Source: Gaiellaceae bacterium
GTDB taxonomy: Bacteria; Actinomycetota; Thermoleophilia; Gaiellales; Gaiellaceae
Assembly: GCA_035623575.1 (NCBI GenBank)
Contig: DASPTD010000053.1
Location: forward strand, 13,859-77,858
Length of the DNA stretch: 64,000 nt
Direction of reading: 5' to 3'
Both the position numbers and the translations under genes were made by a program. Of the stretch, positions 48,637-57,117 are shown piece by piece. Below the pieces are notes generated by a model. The model saw only the letters and a program-made list of their open reading frames with translations, was not told where the DNA came from and made no database searches. Position 1 is the stretch's first letter. Each line of letters starts with the position of its first letter.

Positions 48637-49452
48637 GTGAGCGCCGAGCCCATCGCCGTGCAGCCCGAAGCCGATGACCGCGCCCGCTTCGCCGGCGTCC
48701 TCCGCTTCTACGAGCTCGCGAAGCACCAGGAATGGCAGGTGCGCGACATGCCCTGGGCCGAGATCCCGCCTGTGCCAGAGGGGAAGGGCTCGCCGGAGCG
48801 GCAGGCTCGCCGACGCGACGTCTGGCGCTCCGTCGTCATGCAGCAGCTGCAGGCGGACATCATCGCCGTCGAGATGTCGGCGCAGCTGCTGAACGCCGCT
48901 CCCGACCCCGAGGCGAGGCTCTACTACTCGACGATGGTGCAGGACGAGTCGCGCCACACCGAGGCATGGCTGAAGCTGATCGGCCAGGTCGGCGGCGAGG
49001 GCGAGCGCGATCCGCACCTGGACACGCTCGGGCACATGTTCCTCGAGGCGGACTCGCTCGAGGAGAAGGTCTTCCTCATGCAGGTCTTCTTCGAGCGGCT
49101 GATCATCCCGCGCTTCAAGCTGATCGCCCGCTCGTCTCGCGGCACCGTCCTCGAAGACCTCTGCAACCGGCTCGCGATCGACGACGGCATCCACCACGGC
49201 TCCGGGATGGCGTACGAGCGGATCCTGCTGGAGCGGGCGCCGAGGAAGGTCAGGGCGGAGCTGATCGAGGCCGCTAACCGGATGCTCCCGGAGTTCGCCG
49301 CGCACGCGCTCTGGCGCCCGAAGGCGCGCGAGATGATCGGCCAGCTGATGGAGGCCCGCGACCGGGAACGCCTCAAGACCGAGCTGAACCACGGGGTACG
49401 CCTCGCCAAGTCGCTCGGCCTCGACGTCTCGGACGTCGCCCTGCCGTTCTGA
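48637..49452 (+). CDS. ferritin-like di-iron carboxylate protein (R2/AurF-like superfamily)
   Basis: 271 aa. Putative di-iron ligands in QDESRHTEAW, FFERLIIP and IDDGIHHG (E...ExxH...E...DxxH). Confidence 0.65.
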   Translation: MSAEPIAVQPEADDRARFAGVLRFYELAKHQEWQVRDMPWAEIPPVPEGKGSPERQARRRDVWRSVVMQQLQADIIAVEMSAQLLNAAPDPEARLYYSTMVQDESRHTEAWLKLIGQVGGEGERDPHLDTLGHMFLEADSLEEKVFLMQVFFERLIIPRFKLIARSSRGTVLEDLCNRLAIDDGIHHGSGMAYERILLERAPRKVRAELIEAANRMLPEFAAHALWRPKAREMIGQLMEARDRERLKTELNHGVRLAKSLGLDVSDVALPF

Positions 49453-49813
49453 GGGCTCAGGTCACGAAGAACGGGGCGGTATGCCTGGCTCGTGCTCGGA
49501 GCACCGCATTTCCGCTGGGGGCGGGATTGCAGGTTCGATGGACGTCGGAGTAGACGTTCTTCGGCACGCCCAGAGGCCGCTCATTTGCCTGATCCCCAGT
49601 GAGCAGGCCGATCGGCGGCGATGGTTGTCAACACCCGCTCACGGCGCTCGAAGGAGGCCGGAGGTTACGACAGGCGAAGCCGCCGTAACCGGAGGCCGGA
49701 TCCACGCGGGCGGAGATGCGAGGCGCCGCCGCCCGCGCCGCGGCACGCGTCGCCTCGTACCCAAAGCGGGCGCCGGCTCCGCCGGCGCCCGCTCTGCGGA
49801 GCACTACCTCGAA

Positions 49814-49842
49814 CTGAGCCGGAACCGTAGGTTCCGGCTCAG
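49814..49842 (-). terminator. perfect 13-bp hairpin starting at the stop codon of the HMG-CoA reductase gene
   Basis: CTGAGCCGGAACC-GTA-GGTTCCGGCTCAG. The TGA of the minus-strand gene lies in the stem. Only a weak U-tract follows. Confidence 0.4.
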
Positions 49843-51035
49843 CGCAACCCGCCGCGCTCGAAGTGGGCGCGGAAGAAGCTCTCCGAGCCTGCGGTTGCCA
49901 TGGCGGCCGACGCCGAGATCTCCAGCGCGAGCGCTGCCGCCGCGACGAGCTGCGCGAGGCGGTAGACCTTCCCCGGGCCGGCGCAACCCATCAGCGCGAG
50001 CCACTCGCGCGCGGTCGGCAGCGTCGTGCCGCCGCCGATGGTCCCGACCTCGAGGCCGGGGAAGCGGATCGAGACGTGGAGGCCGCCCTCGACGCGGCGG
50101 CTGGTGCCGTGTGCCATCGAGCTCGTCCCGACCATGCCGAGGTCCTGGCCCGTCGCTGCGAAGATCGCCGCTACGGCGGATGCGGGCGTGAACGCGACCG
50201 ACTGCATCCCGGACGCGACGGCGCCGTGCGTGCCCGCCCAGGCGAGCTCGTCGAGGTCGCCGGCGGTCGTGCGGAGCACGCGGCGGATCGCCTCGTCCGT
50301 CAGCGTCGCCTCTGCGACGACGGTCTTGCCGTGGCCGGACTGGAAGTACTCGTACGACGACTTCTTGTCGCCGCCCATGTTCGCCTCGAGCACGACCCGC
50401 TCGATCACGACCGGCGCCGCGGGCGACACGAACGCCGTGTTCAGCGCGTACGCGTTGCGGGTCATCATGTTCGGCCCGACGGCGTCGCCCGTCGTGAAAC
50501 GCCAGAGCACGTGGCACATCGGCCCCACGACATGCGTGTTCACCTCGCGCAGCACGGCATGCCTCGAGAGCTCCGGGATGTCGGCCGCACGCAGCCAGTC
50601 GCGCATCTCGTCGACGCGCGCCTCGATCCAACGCGCGAGCGCGAGCGCGTCGCCGGTGTCGCGGCAGACGAAGCACGAGGCGCGCGTGATCCGGTCGGCG
50701 ACGACGTGCGTCCGGAAGCCGCCCGACTCGGCAACCGCCTTCGCGCCGCGCTGGAGCGACACCGTCAGCCCGCCCTCCGTGTGCGCGAGTGGAACGACGA
50801 CGTCCTCCTCGGCGCGGCCGGTCTCGACGACGGCGCCGTCCGCGGAGAGCTCGTAGGCGCCGAGCGAGACGTGGAGCTCCGCGACCGAGACGGGGATGAC
50901 CGCAGTGCCCGTCACCGACTCCGCCACCTTCGCGTAGGGCTCGAGGTCGACGTCGCCGTCGAGCCCGAGCGTCCTGCGGCGCGCCGCGATCGACGCGGGG
51001 TCGTTCTTGCGGGGAAGTCGCTTCTCGTTCGCCAC
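49839..51035 (-). CDS. class I-type HMG-CoA reductase homologue (soluble catalytic domain only)
   Basis: GTG 51035 (VANEKRLP). Motifs HTEGGLTVS (canonical TTEGCLVAS), GDAVGPNMM (DAMGMNM), GGDKK and GTIGGGTTL (GTVGGGT). Confidence 0.8.
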   Translation of the reverse strand: MANEKRLPRKNDPASIAARRRTLGLDGDVDLEPYAKVAESVTGTAVIPVSVAELHVSLGAYELSADGAVVETGRAEEDVVVPLAHTEGGLTVSLQRGAKAVAESGGFRTHVVADRITRASCFVCRDTGDALALARWIEARVDEMRDWLRAADIPELSRHAVLREVNTHVVGPMCHVLWRFTTGDAVGPNMMTRNAYALNTAFVSPAAPVVIERVVLEANMGGDKKSSYEYFQSGHGKTVVAEATLTDEAIRRVLRTTAGDLDELAWAGTHGAVASGMQSVAFTPASAVAAIFAATGQDLGMVGTSSMAHGTSRRVEGGLHVSIRFPGLEVGTIGGGTTLPTAREWLALMGCAGPGKVYRLAQLVAAAALALEISASAAMATAGSESFFRAHFERGGLR

Positions 51036-51063
51036 GGGGGCATTCTGGACTAACCTCAGGCCG

Positions 51064-51921
51064 ATGACCGCCACCCGCATCGACGGCAAGGCCCTCGCGG
51101 CGAAGGTGCGCGAGGAGGTCGCCGCCGAGGTCGCCGAGGTGGGCGCGCTCGGGCTCGCCACCGTTCTCGTCGGGGACGACCCCGCCTCCGACGTCTACAT
51201 CCGCGGCAAGCAGAAGGCCGCCCAGAGCGTCGGCATCGACGCGCGCGACATCCGTCTGCCGGCGGAGACGAGCGAGGAGGAGCTGCTCGCCCTCCTCGCC
51301 GAGCTCAACGCGGACGACGCCGTGGACGGGATCCTCGTCCAGCTGCCGCTGCCGAGCCACATCGAGGAGGCGAAGGCGATCGGCGCCGTCGACCCCGGGA
51401 AGGACGTCGACGGCTTCCACCCGGTGAACGCCGGGCTGCTCTACCTCGGCCGGCCCGCCCTGGTGCCGGGGACGCCGCTCGGGATCATGCGCATGCTCGC
51501 CGAGTACGAGATCGAGCCGAAGGGCGCCCACGCCGTCGTCGTCGGCCGCTCGAACATCGTCGGCAAGCCGATGGCGCACCTCCTGCTCCAGTCGCACGCG
51601 ACGGTGACGATCTGCCATTCGCGCACGCGGGACCTCGAACGGCACACGCTCGACGCGGACATCCTCGTCGCCGCGATCGGCAGGCTCCACGTGATCCGCG
51701 CCGACATGGTGAAGCCGGGGGCGACCGTGATCGACGTCGGGATGAACCGCACCGACGACGGGCTGTTCGGGGACGTCGACCCGGCGGCGGGCGAGCGTGC
51801 CGCCTTCATGACGCCGGTGCCGGGCGGCGTCGGGCCGATGACGATCGCGATGCTCCTGAAGAACACGGTCGCGGCTGCACGCGCCCGGCGCGCCGCGGCT
51901 ATTGCCAAGTCCGCGGGCTGA
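51064..51921 (+). CDS. folD: bifunctional methylene-THF dehydrogenase / methenyl-THF cyclohydrolase
   Basis: ATG 51064 ([12 protein letters not shown]...). FolD-like throughout ([30 protein letters not shown]). Confidence 0.9.
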   Translation: MTATRIDGKALAAKVREEVAAEVAEVGALGLATVLVGDDPASDVYIRGKQKAAQSVGIDARDIRLPAETSEEELLALLAELNADDAVDGILVQLPLPSHIEEAKAIGAVDPGKDVDGFHPVNAGLLYLGRPALVPGTPLGIMRMLAEYEIEPKGAHAVVVGRSNIVGKPMAHLLLQSHATVTICHSRTRDLERHTLDADILVAAIGRLHVIRADMVKPGATVIDVGMNRTDDGLFGDVDPAAGERAAFMTPVPGGVGPMTIAMLLKNTVAAARARRAAAIAKSAG

Positions 51922-52003
51922 GTTCTACACTCCGCCTGCTTCACCTATCGGTCGGCGGCTCGGTGCCCGAGTCGTCGTTGTTTGTGTTGTTTAGGAGGAT
52001 CCG

Positions 52004-52204
52004 TTGGCAGAGGGCACCGTCAAGTGGTTCTCGAACGAGAAGGGCTACGGCTTCATCGAGCGCGAAGGCGGCGATGACGTCTTCGTCCACTTCTCGGCGA
52101 TCACGATGGACGGCTACAAGTCGCTGACCGAGGGCCAGCGCGTGTCGTTCGAGGTTGTGCAGGGCCCGAAGGGCGCGCAGGCCGCGAACGTCCAGGCGAT
52201 CTAG
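52004..52204 (+). CDS. cspA: cold-shock protein (CSD)
   Basis: 66 aa. TTG start with AGGAGG 5 nt upstream. RNP motifs KGYGFI and VFVHF. Confidence 0.95.
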   Translation: MAEGTVKWFSNEKGYGFIEREGGDDVFVHFSAITMDGYKSLTEGQRVSFEVVQGPKGAQAANVQAI

Positions 52205-52229
52205 AGAACCTGTCGGAAAAAAAGGCTGC

Positions 52230-52255
52230 GAAGGGGCCCCGGCAGGGGCCTCTTC
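52230..52255 (+). terminator. hairpin after csp
   Basis: GAAGGGGCC-N8-GGCCTCTTC (9 bp including one G.U pair), followed by CGTTTCT. An A-tract lies upstream. Confidence 0.4.
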
Positions 52256-52278
52256 CGTTTCTGGAAGGATCTGCGGCG

Positions 52279-52572
52279 ATGGCGAGCATCAGTCGCGAGC
52301 AGCTCCTCCACGTGGCCCGCCTGGCCCGTCTCGAGCTGCGCGACGACGAGATCGAGCGGCTCGAGGCACAGCTGAACGACATCCTCGCGGCGGTGGGCAA
52401 GGTCTCCGAGCTCGACCTCTCCGACGTGCCGCCGACCTCGCACCCGCTCGACGTCGTCAACGTCTGGGGCGCCGACGAGCCGCGGCCGTGCCTGTCGGTC
52501 GAGGATGCCCTCGCGAACGCGCCCGAGCGCGAGGGCGACTTCTTCAAGGTTCCGCCGGGAGGGTCGTCGTGA
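52279..52572 (+). CDS. gatC: Asp/Glu-tRNA amidotransferase subunit C
   Basis: 97 aa. GatC-like (HVARLARLEL...EIE...L..IL). Confidence 0.9.
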   Translation: MASISREQLLHVARLARLELRDDEIERLEAQLNDILAAVGKVSELDLSDVPPTSHPLDVVNVWGADEPRPCLSVEDALANAPEREGDFFKVPPGGSS

Positions 52573-53978
52573 TCGACACCCTGCGCCTCTCGGCCGAGGA
52601 GGCGGCGCGGCTGCTGCGCGAGCGCGAGGTCAGCGGTGCCGAGCTCTTCGCGGCCTATCGGAAGGCGATCGACGAGCGCGACCCCGAGCTGCACGCCTAC
52701 CTCCACGTCTGCGAGGACGAGGGCGGCGACGGCGTCCCGATCGCGATCAAGGACGTGATCGGGACGCGCGGCATCCCTACCACCGCCGGCTCGCGGATCC
52801 TCGACGGCTACGTGCCGGTCTACGACGCGACGGTGATCGCGCGCTGCAGGGAGCACGGCCTGAAGATCCTCGGCAAGACGAACACGGACGAGTTCGCGAT
52901 GGGCTCGTCGACCGAGAACTCGGCGTACGGCCCGACCCGCAACCCGTGGGATCCGGAGCGCGTGCCGGGCGGCTCGGGCGGCGGCTCGGCTGCGGCCGTC
53001 GCCGCCGGCCTGGCCCCGTGGGCGCTCGGCTCGGACACGGGCGGCTCGATCAAGCAGCCGGCCGCGCTCTGCGGCAACGTCGGCCTCCGTCCGACCTACG
53101 GCACGGTCTCCCGCTACGGCGCCATCGCCTTCGCCTCGAGCCTCGACCAGATCGGGCCGGTGGCGAGGAACGTTCGCGACTGCGCGTACCTGTACTCGAT
53201 CATCGCGGGCCGCGATCCGTGCGACTCGACGACCGTCGAGCTGCCCGCGCCGGTCGCCCTCCCCGAGGCCGACGACCTGAAGGGGCTCCGCGTCGGCGTG
53301 CCGCGCGAGTTCAACGAGCACGAGGCGATCGAGCCCGGCGTGCGCGACGCGGTGCGGCGCGCGATCGAGCTCTGCCGCGAGCTGGGCGCCGAGGTGGGGG
53401 AGTGCTCGCTGCCGCACTCGGTCGACTACGGGATGCCCTGCTACTACCTGATCGCCCCTGCGGAGGCGTCGTCGAACCTCGCCCGCTACGACGGTGTGCG
53501 CTTCGGCTTCCGAGCATCGGCGCGCGACCGGCTCGAGATGTACGAGCGGACGCGCGACGAAGGGTTCGGCGACGAGCCGAAGCGCCGGATCATGGTCGGC
53601 ACGTACGCACTCTCCGCCGGGTACTACGACGCCTTCTACGGGCAGGCGCAGAAGGTGCGGACCCTGCTTGCGCGCGAGCACGCCGAGGTCTTCGAGCGCT
53701 TCGACGTACTCGTCTCGCCGACGTCGCCGACGGTCGCATTCAAGCTCGGCGCCCGCACCCAGGACCCGCTCGCCATGTACGTCTGCGACCTGCTCACGAT
53801 TCCGTCGTGCCTGGCAGGGCTGCCCGGGCTGAACGTCCCCTGCGGGCTGTCGGAGGGGCTGCCGGTCGGGTTGCAGCTGATCGGGCCCCAGTTCTCGGAG
53901 AACACGCTCTTCCACGCCGGCCGCGCGCTCGAGCTCGCGCTCGGGCTCGACCCGGTGCCCTCGAGGCTCGCCGGATGA
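52569..53978 (+). CDS. gatA: Asp/Glu-tRNA amidotransferase subunit A
   Basis: GTG 52569 in a GTGA overlap with gatC. Amidase signature GGSSGGSAAAVA-like (GGSGGGSAAAVAAG). Confidence 0.9.
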   Translation: MIDTLRLSAEEAARLLREREVSGAELFAAYRKAIDERDPELHAYLHVCEDEGGDGVPIAIKDVIGTRGIPTTAGSRILDGYVPVYDATVIARCREHGLKILGKTNTDEFAMGSSTENSAYGPTRNPWDPERVPGGSGGGSAAAVAAGLAPWALGSDTGGSIKQPAALCGNVGLRPTYGTVSRYGAIAFASSLDQIGPVARNVRDCAYLYSIIAGRDPCDSTTVELPAPVALPEADDLKGLRVGVPREFNEHEAIEPGVRDAVRRAIELCRELGAEVGECSLPHSVDYGMPCYYLIAPAEASSNLARYDGVRFGFRASARDRLEMYERTRDEGFGDEPKRRIMVGTYALSAGYYDAFYGQAQKVRTLLAREHAEVFERFDVLVSPTSPTVAFKLGARTQDPLAMYVCDLLTIPSCLAGLPGLNVPCGLSEGLPVGLQLIGPQFSENTLFHAGRALELALGLDPVPSRLAG

Positions 53979-54235
53979 CGATGCGGTTCGAGGATCCCGC
54001 CGCCGACTTCGTTCCCGCCGTGGAGCGTGTGTTCGGCGTGCAGCCGCGCGTGCTCGACGGCTCGCGCGCGGTGCTCGTCGGCGACGTGAAGCTCACGCTC
54101 GAGGCGGGCGAGCGCGAGCTGTGGCTCGTGCGCCGGCTCCCGCCCGCGCTCGAGGAGTGGATCGAGATGGTCGAGGTGAACGACGACATCGAGGCGGCGC
54201 TGCGCGTCGCCAAGGAGAAGCTGTCCGGTGCCTGA
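53975..54235 (+). CDS. 86-aa acidic hypothetical protein inserted between gatA and gatB
   Basis: ATG 53975 in an ATGA overlap with the gatA stop. Its end overlaps the gatB GTG (54228) by 8 nt. Third codon positions are almost all G/C. No family recognised. Confidence 0.55.
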   Translation: MTMRFEDPAADFVPAVERVFGVQPRVLDGSRAVLVGDVKLTLEAGERELWLVRRLPPALEEWIEMVEVNDDIEAALRVAKEKLSGA

Positions 54236-55631
54236 GTGGGAGCCGGTCATCGGCCTCGAGGTGCACGCGCACCTGAAGACCCGCACGAAGATGTTCTGCC
54301 GCTGCGAGCTCGAGTACGGTGCCGCCGAGAACACGCGCACGTGCCCCGTCTGCCTCGCCCATCCTGGGGCGCTGCCGGTGCCGAACGCGCGCGCGATCGA
54401 GTTCACGATCAGGCTCGGCCTCGCGCTCGGCTGCGAGATCGCCGAGCACTCGGTCTTCGCGCGCAAGAACTACTTCTACCCCGACCTGCCGAAGGGCTAC
54501 CAGATCAGCCAGTACGAGGCGCCCCTCTGCGGGCCCGGCACCTTCGTGGTGCCGACGGCAGACGGCGAGGAGCGCGTCGGGATCGTGCGCGCCCATCTCG
54601 AGGAGGACGCGGCGAAGACGGTGCACGCCGGCGGTGCCACCGGGCGCTCCGTCGGCGCGGACTACAGCCTCGTCGACTTCAACCGCGGCGGCACGCCGCT
54701 GCTCGAGATCGTCGGCGAGCCCGACCTGCGCTCCTCGGAGGCGGCGCTCCGCTACCTGCGCCTGCTCCGGCAGACGGTCGTCGAGCTCGGGATCTCGGAC
54801 GCGGAGATGGAGAAGGGCACGCTGCGCGCCGACGTGAACGTCTCCGTGCGCGAGCGCGGGGAGCAGGGCTACCGGCCGCGCTGGGAGATCAAGAACATGA
54901 ACTCCTTCACCTTCATCGGCCGCGCGATCGAGGCGGCGGTGCGCCAGCAGATCGCCGCGCACGAGGCGGGGGAGCAGGTCGAGCAGTCGACGTACGACTA
55001 CGACCCCGACACCGACCGGCTGACCGTTCACCGCTCGAAGGAGGAGGCGGACGACTACCGCTACTTCCCCGAGCCGGATCTCGTTCCCGTCGAGCCGCCG
55101 GCAGAGCTCGCCGAGCGGCTGCGCAGGGAGCAGCCGGAGCTGCCGGGCGCGCGCATCGTGCGCTACGCGGCGGAGATCGGATTCGAGCGGGCGGACGAGC
55201 TCGTGATGACCGGGAACGAGGCGAATGCCGTCCCGCTCGTCGCCGCGGGCCTCGACCTGGACACCGCGGCGACCGTCTCGATGAACCAGCTCGCGGGCAA
55301 GACGCTGCTGCCGGAGAACGCTGCGCCGCTCGCCGAGGTGATCCGGGCCGGGAACCTCACGCGCGAGGCCCTCAACGCCGCCTTCGAAGCGGCGACGGCA
55401 CGCGCGATCGACGCGGCGGAGTTCCTCGCGCAGACCGCCGTCAGCGACGAGGCCGCGCTCGGTCCCGTCATCGAAACGGTCCTCGCCGCCCACCCGGAGC
55501 AGGTCGAGACCTACCGCGGCGGCAAGGAGGGCGTGCTCGGGTTCCTCGTCGGCCGGGTGATGCGCGAGACGGCGGGCAAGGCAGACCCGGCGGTCGTCAA
55601 CCGGCTGCTGCGGGAGAGGCTGCGGACGTAG
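54228..55631 (+). CDS. gatB: Asp/Glu-tRNA amidotransferase subunit B
   Basis: 467 aa, GTG start with AAGGAG 10 nt upstream. GatB-like ([15 protein letters not shown]-terminal YqeY-like tail). Confidence 0.9.
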   Translation: MPEWEPVIGLEVHAHLKTRTKMFCRCELEYGAAENTRTCPVCLAHPGALPVPNARAIEFTIRLGLALGCEIAEHSVFARKNYFYPDLPKGYQISQYEAPLCGPGTFVVPTADGEERVGIVRAHLEEDAAKTVHAGGATGRSVGADYSLVDFNRGGTPLLEIVGEPDLRSSEAALRYLRLLRQTVVELGISDAEMEKGTLRADVNVSVRERGEQGYRPRWEIKNMNSFTFIGRAIEAAVRQQIAAHEAGEQVEQSTYDYDPDTDRLTVHRSKEEADDYRYFPEPDLVPVEPPAELAERLRREQPELPGARIVRYAAEIGFERADELVMTGNEANAVPLVAAGLDLDTAATVSMNQLAGKTLLPENAAPLAEVIRAGNLTREALNAAFEAATARAIDAAEFLAQTAVSDEAALGPVIETVLAAHPEQVETYRGGKEGVLGFLVGRVMRETAGKADPAVVNRLLRERLRT

Positions 55632-56388
55632 CCGCGCGCAGGACCCTGAAGTCGCCGCTCACGGTCTTGCCGCGCACGACGACGGTGGGGCCGTCGCCGC
55701 CCTCGGCGGGGACGCTCGCGAGCGGCACGTCCGAGCTGAGGTCGCCGGAAACGCTGTTCGCGTCGACCTCGACGTTGGAGCCCGCGGCGATGCCGATCTC
55801 GATGTCGCCCGAGATGCTCGTGAGCTCGACATGGCCCGCCCGGATCGACTCGATGTGGAGGTCTCCCGACACGGACTTCGCCACGAGCGAGCCGCCGACC
55901 GAGCGGACGCGCATGTCGCCGGAGACGCTCTGGACGCGCAGCTCGCCGCCGACCGAGTCGAGGCGCACGTCGCCGCTGACGGTCTTCACGACGACGTCGC
56001 CCGCGATCTCGCCGCTCAGGGCGAGGTCGCCGGAGGCGGTCTTCGTCTCGAGCGAGGCGAAGCGGCCGCGAAGCGTCATGTCCGCCGACGCCGTCGCAAG
56101 GCGTAGCTTGACGTCGTGCGGCACGCGCGCCCGAACGTGGAGGCGGCCGCCGCCGATCGAGAAGTCGCCGACGGCGATCGTGATCCCGAGCAGGCTGCGC
56201 TTGCCGTGGAAGTCGACGACGAGCGTGTCGCCGCGCACCTCGACGGTCGTCTGCTCGACGAGCTTCTCGTCGCCGTCGACGACGACGAACGACTCGTCGC
56301 CGTCGATCGCCTCGACGGCGACGTCGCCGGCGGGGACGACGATCTCGAGGCCGCGCAGGCCCGGTGTGTGGAAGCGCTGCTCGTTCAT
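55597..56388 (-). CDS. DUF4097-type beta-strand repeat protein
   Basis: 263 aa with at least seven (S/T)xSGD(x) repeats ([49 protein letters not shown]). No signal peptide. Confidence 0.8.
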   Translation of the reverse strand: MNEQRFHTPGLRGLEIVVPAGDVAVEAIDGDESFVVVDGDEKLVEQTTVEVRGDTLVVDFHGKRSLLGITIAVGDFSIGGGRLHVRARVPHDVKLRLATASADMTLRGRFASLETKTASGDLALSGEIAGDVVVKTVSGDVRLDSVGGELRVQSVSGDMRVRSVGGSLVAKSVSGDLHIESIRAGHVELTSISGDIEIGIAAGSNVEVDANSVSGDLSSDVPLASVPAEGGDGPTVVVRGKTVSGDFRVLRAATSAASPAAAG

Positions 56389-56390
56389 GG

Positions 56391-56600
56391 TCAGGCCGCC
56401 TTCGTGGTCGCGGGGTCGCTGCCGGTCGAGGGGTGGGCGACCAGCGACGCGGTGGGGGTGAGGCCGGCGTCGGTGGCGGCGGTCTCCACGCCGGGGCGCA
56501 GGGCTTCGGAGATCCGGAGGGTGAGCTGCTCCTCGGGGACGCCGGACGGGTCCTCGTAGACCCAGCGGCCGTCGGCGGGGAGCTCCATGCGGACGAACAT
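56391..56600 (-). CDS. 69-aa hypothetical protein
   Basis: AAGGAG 6 nt upstream of ATG 56600. Third positions are almost all G/C. Ends 2 nt before the DUF4097 start. Confidence 0.5.
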   Translation of the reverse strand: MFVRMELPADGRWVYEDPSGVPEEQLTLRISEALRPGVETAATDAGLTPTASLVAHPSTGSDPATTKAA

Positions 56601-56611
56601 GCCGACTCCTT

Positions 56612-57058
56612 TCAGCTCCGGCCGTAGCCGGTCAGGCGGCGTCCACCGCTCCTCCTGGGCGTGCCGGCGTCGCGCACGAGCGCCCGCACGATCCAGGTGT
56701 TGACGGAGATGCCGTCGTGGGAAGCCGCGTCCTCGAGGCGGCGCTTGAGCGCCTCGGGGAGGCGCAGGGTGATGCGGGCGTCGAGGGCCTCGTCCGACGA
56801 CGCGGACTCGGGGCTCTCGTCGTCGACGAGCACGAGCTCGGGGTCGCCGCCCGCCATGCGCACCTCGATGCGCCCGCTGTGGAGGTGTGCGGACAGCTCG
56901 AGCGCCGCCTCGCCGAGCGCCTCCTGGAGACGCCGGCCGAGCGCGGACTCGAGCGCGACCGCGAGCAGCTCGGCGGCGCGGGCGGTGTGCTCGTCGCCGA
57001 CCGCCGCCACGCGGGCGAGGTCCTCGCGGAGTGCCTGGACGTAGCCGTCGATCTGCAT
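56612..57058 (-). CDS. ribbon-helix-helix (HicB/Arc-like C-terminal domain) protein
   Basis: 148 aa. C-terminal ARITLRLPEALKRRLEDAASHDGISVNTWIVRALV fits an RHH DNA-binding module. The N-terminal 90 aa are helical and unassigned. Confidence 0.65.
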   Translation of the reverse strand: MQIDGYVQALREDLARVAAVGDEHTARAAELLAVALESALGRRLQEALGEAALELSAHLHSGRIEVRMAGGDPELVLVDDESPESASSDEALDARITLRLPEALKRRLEDAASHDGISVNTWIVRALVRDAGTPRRSGGRRLTGYGRS

Positions 57059-57064
57059 GACGGC

Positions 57065-57094
57065 ACTATGACATCAGAATGATGTCTTTGTCAA
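57065..57094 (-). promoter_or_regulatory. putative promoter TTGACA-N18-CATAGT, with the -10 only 6 nt upstream of ATG 57058 (leaderless geometry)
   Basis: -35 is at 57089-57094 and -10 at 57065-57070 on the minus strand. No SD between the -10 and the ATG. Sits in a locally AT-rich 60-nt patch. Confidence 0.35.
57070..57086. promoter_or_regulatory. operator-like perfect palindrome GACATCA-GAA-TGATGTC in the promoter spacer
   Basis: Read directly from the sequence. Sits between the predicted -35 and -10 of the RHH-protein operon. Confidence 0.35.
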
Positions 57095-57117
57095 GTCAAG
57101 ACACTGTCATGACGCCG

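Noticed and set aside
49481-50191. 236-aa plus-strand ORF
   Set aside because: It is Arg/Pro/Gly-rich, spans the non-coding spacer and then runs antisense to the HMG-CoA reductase gene. It has no SD and no third-position bias in the spacer part.
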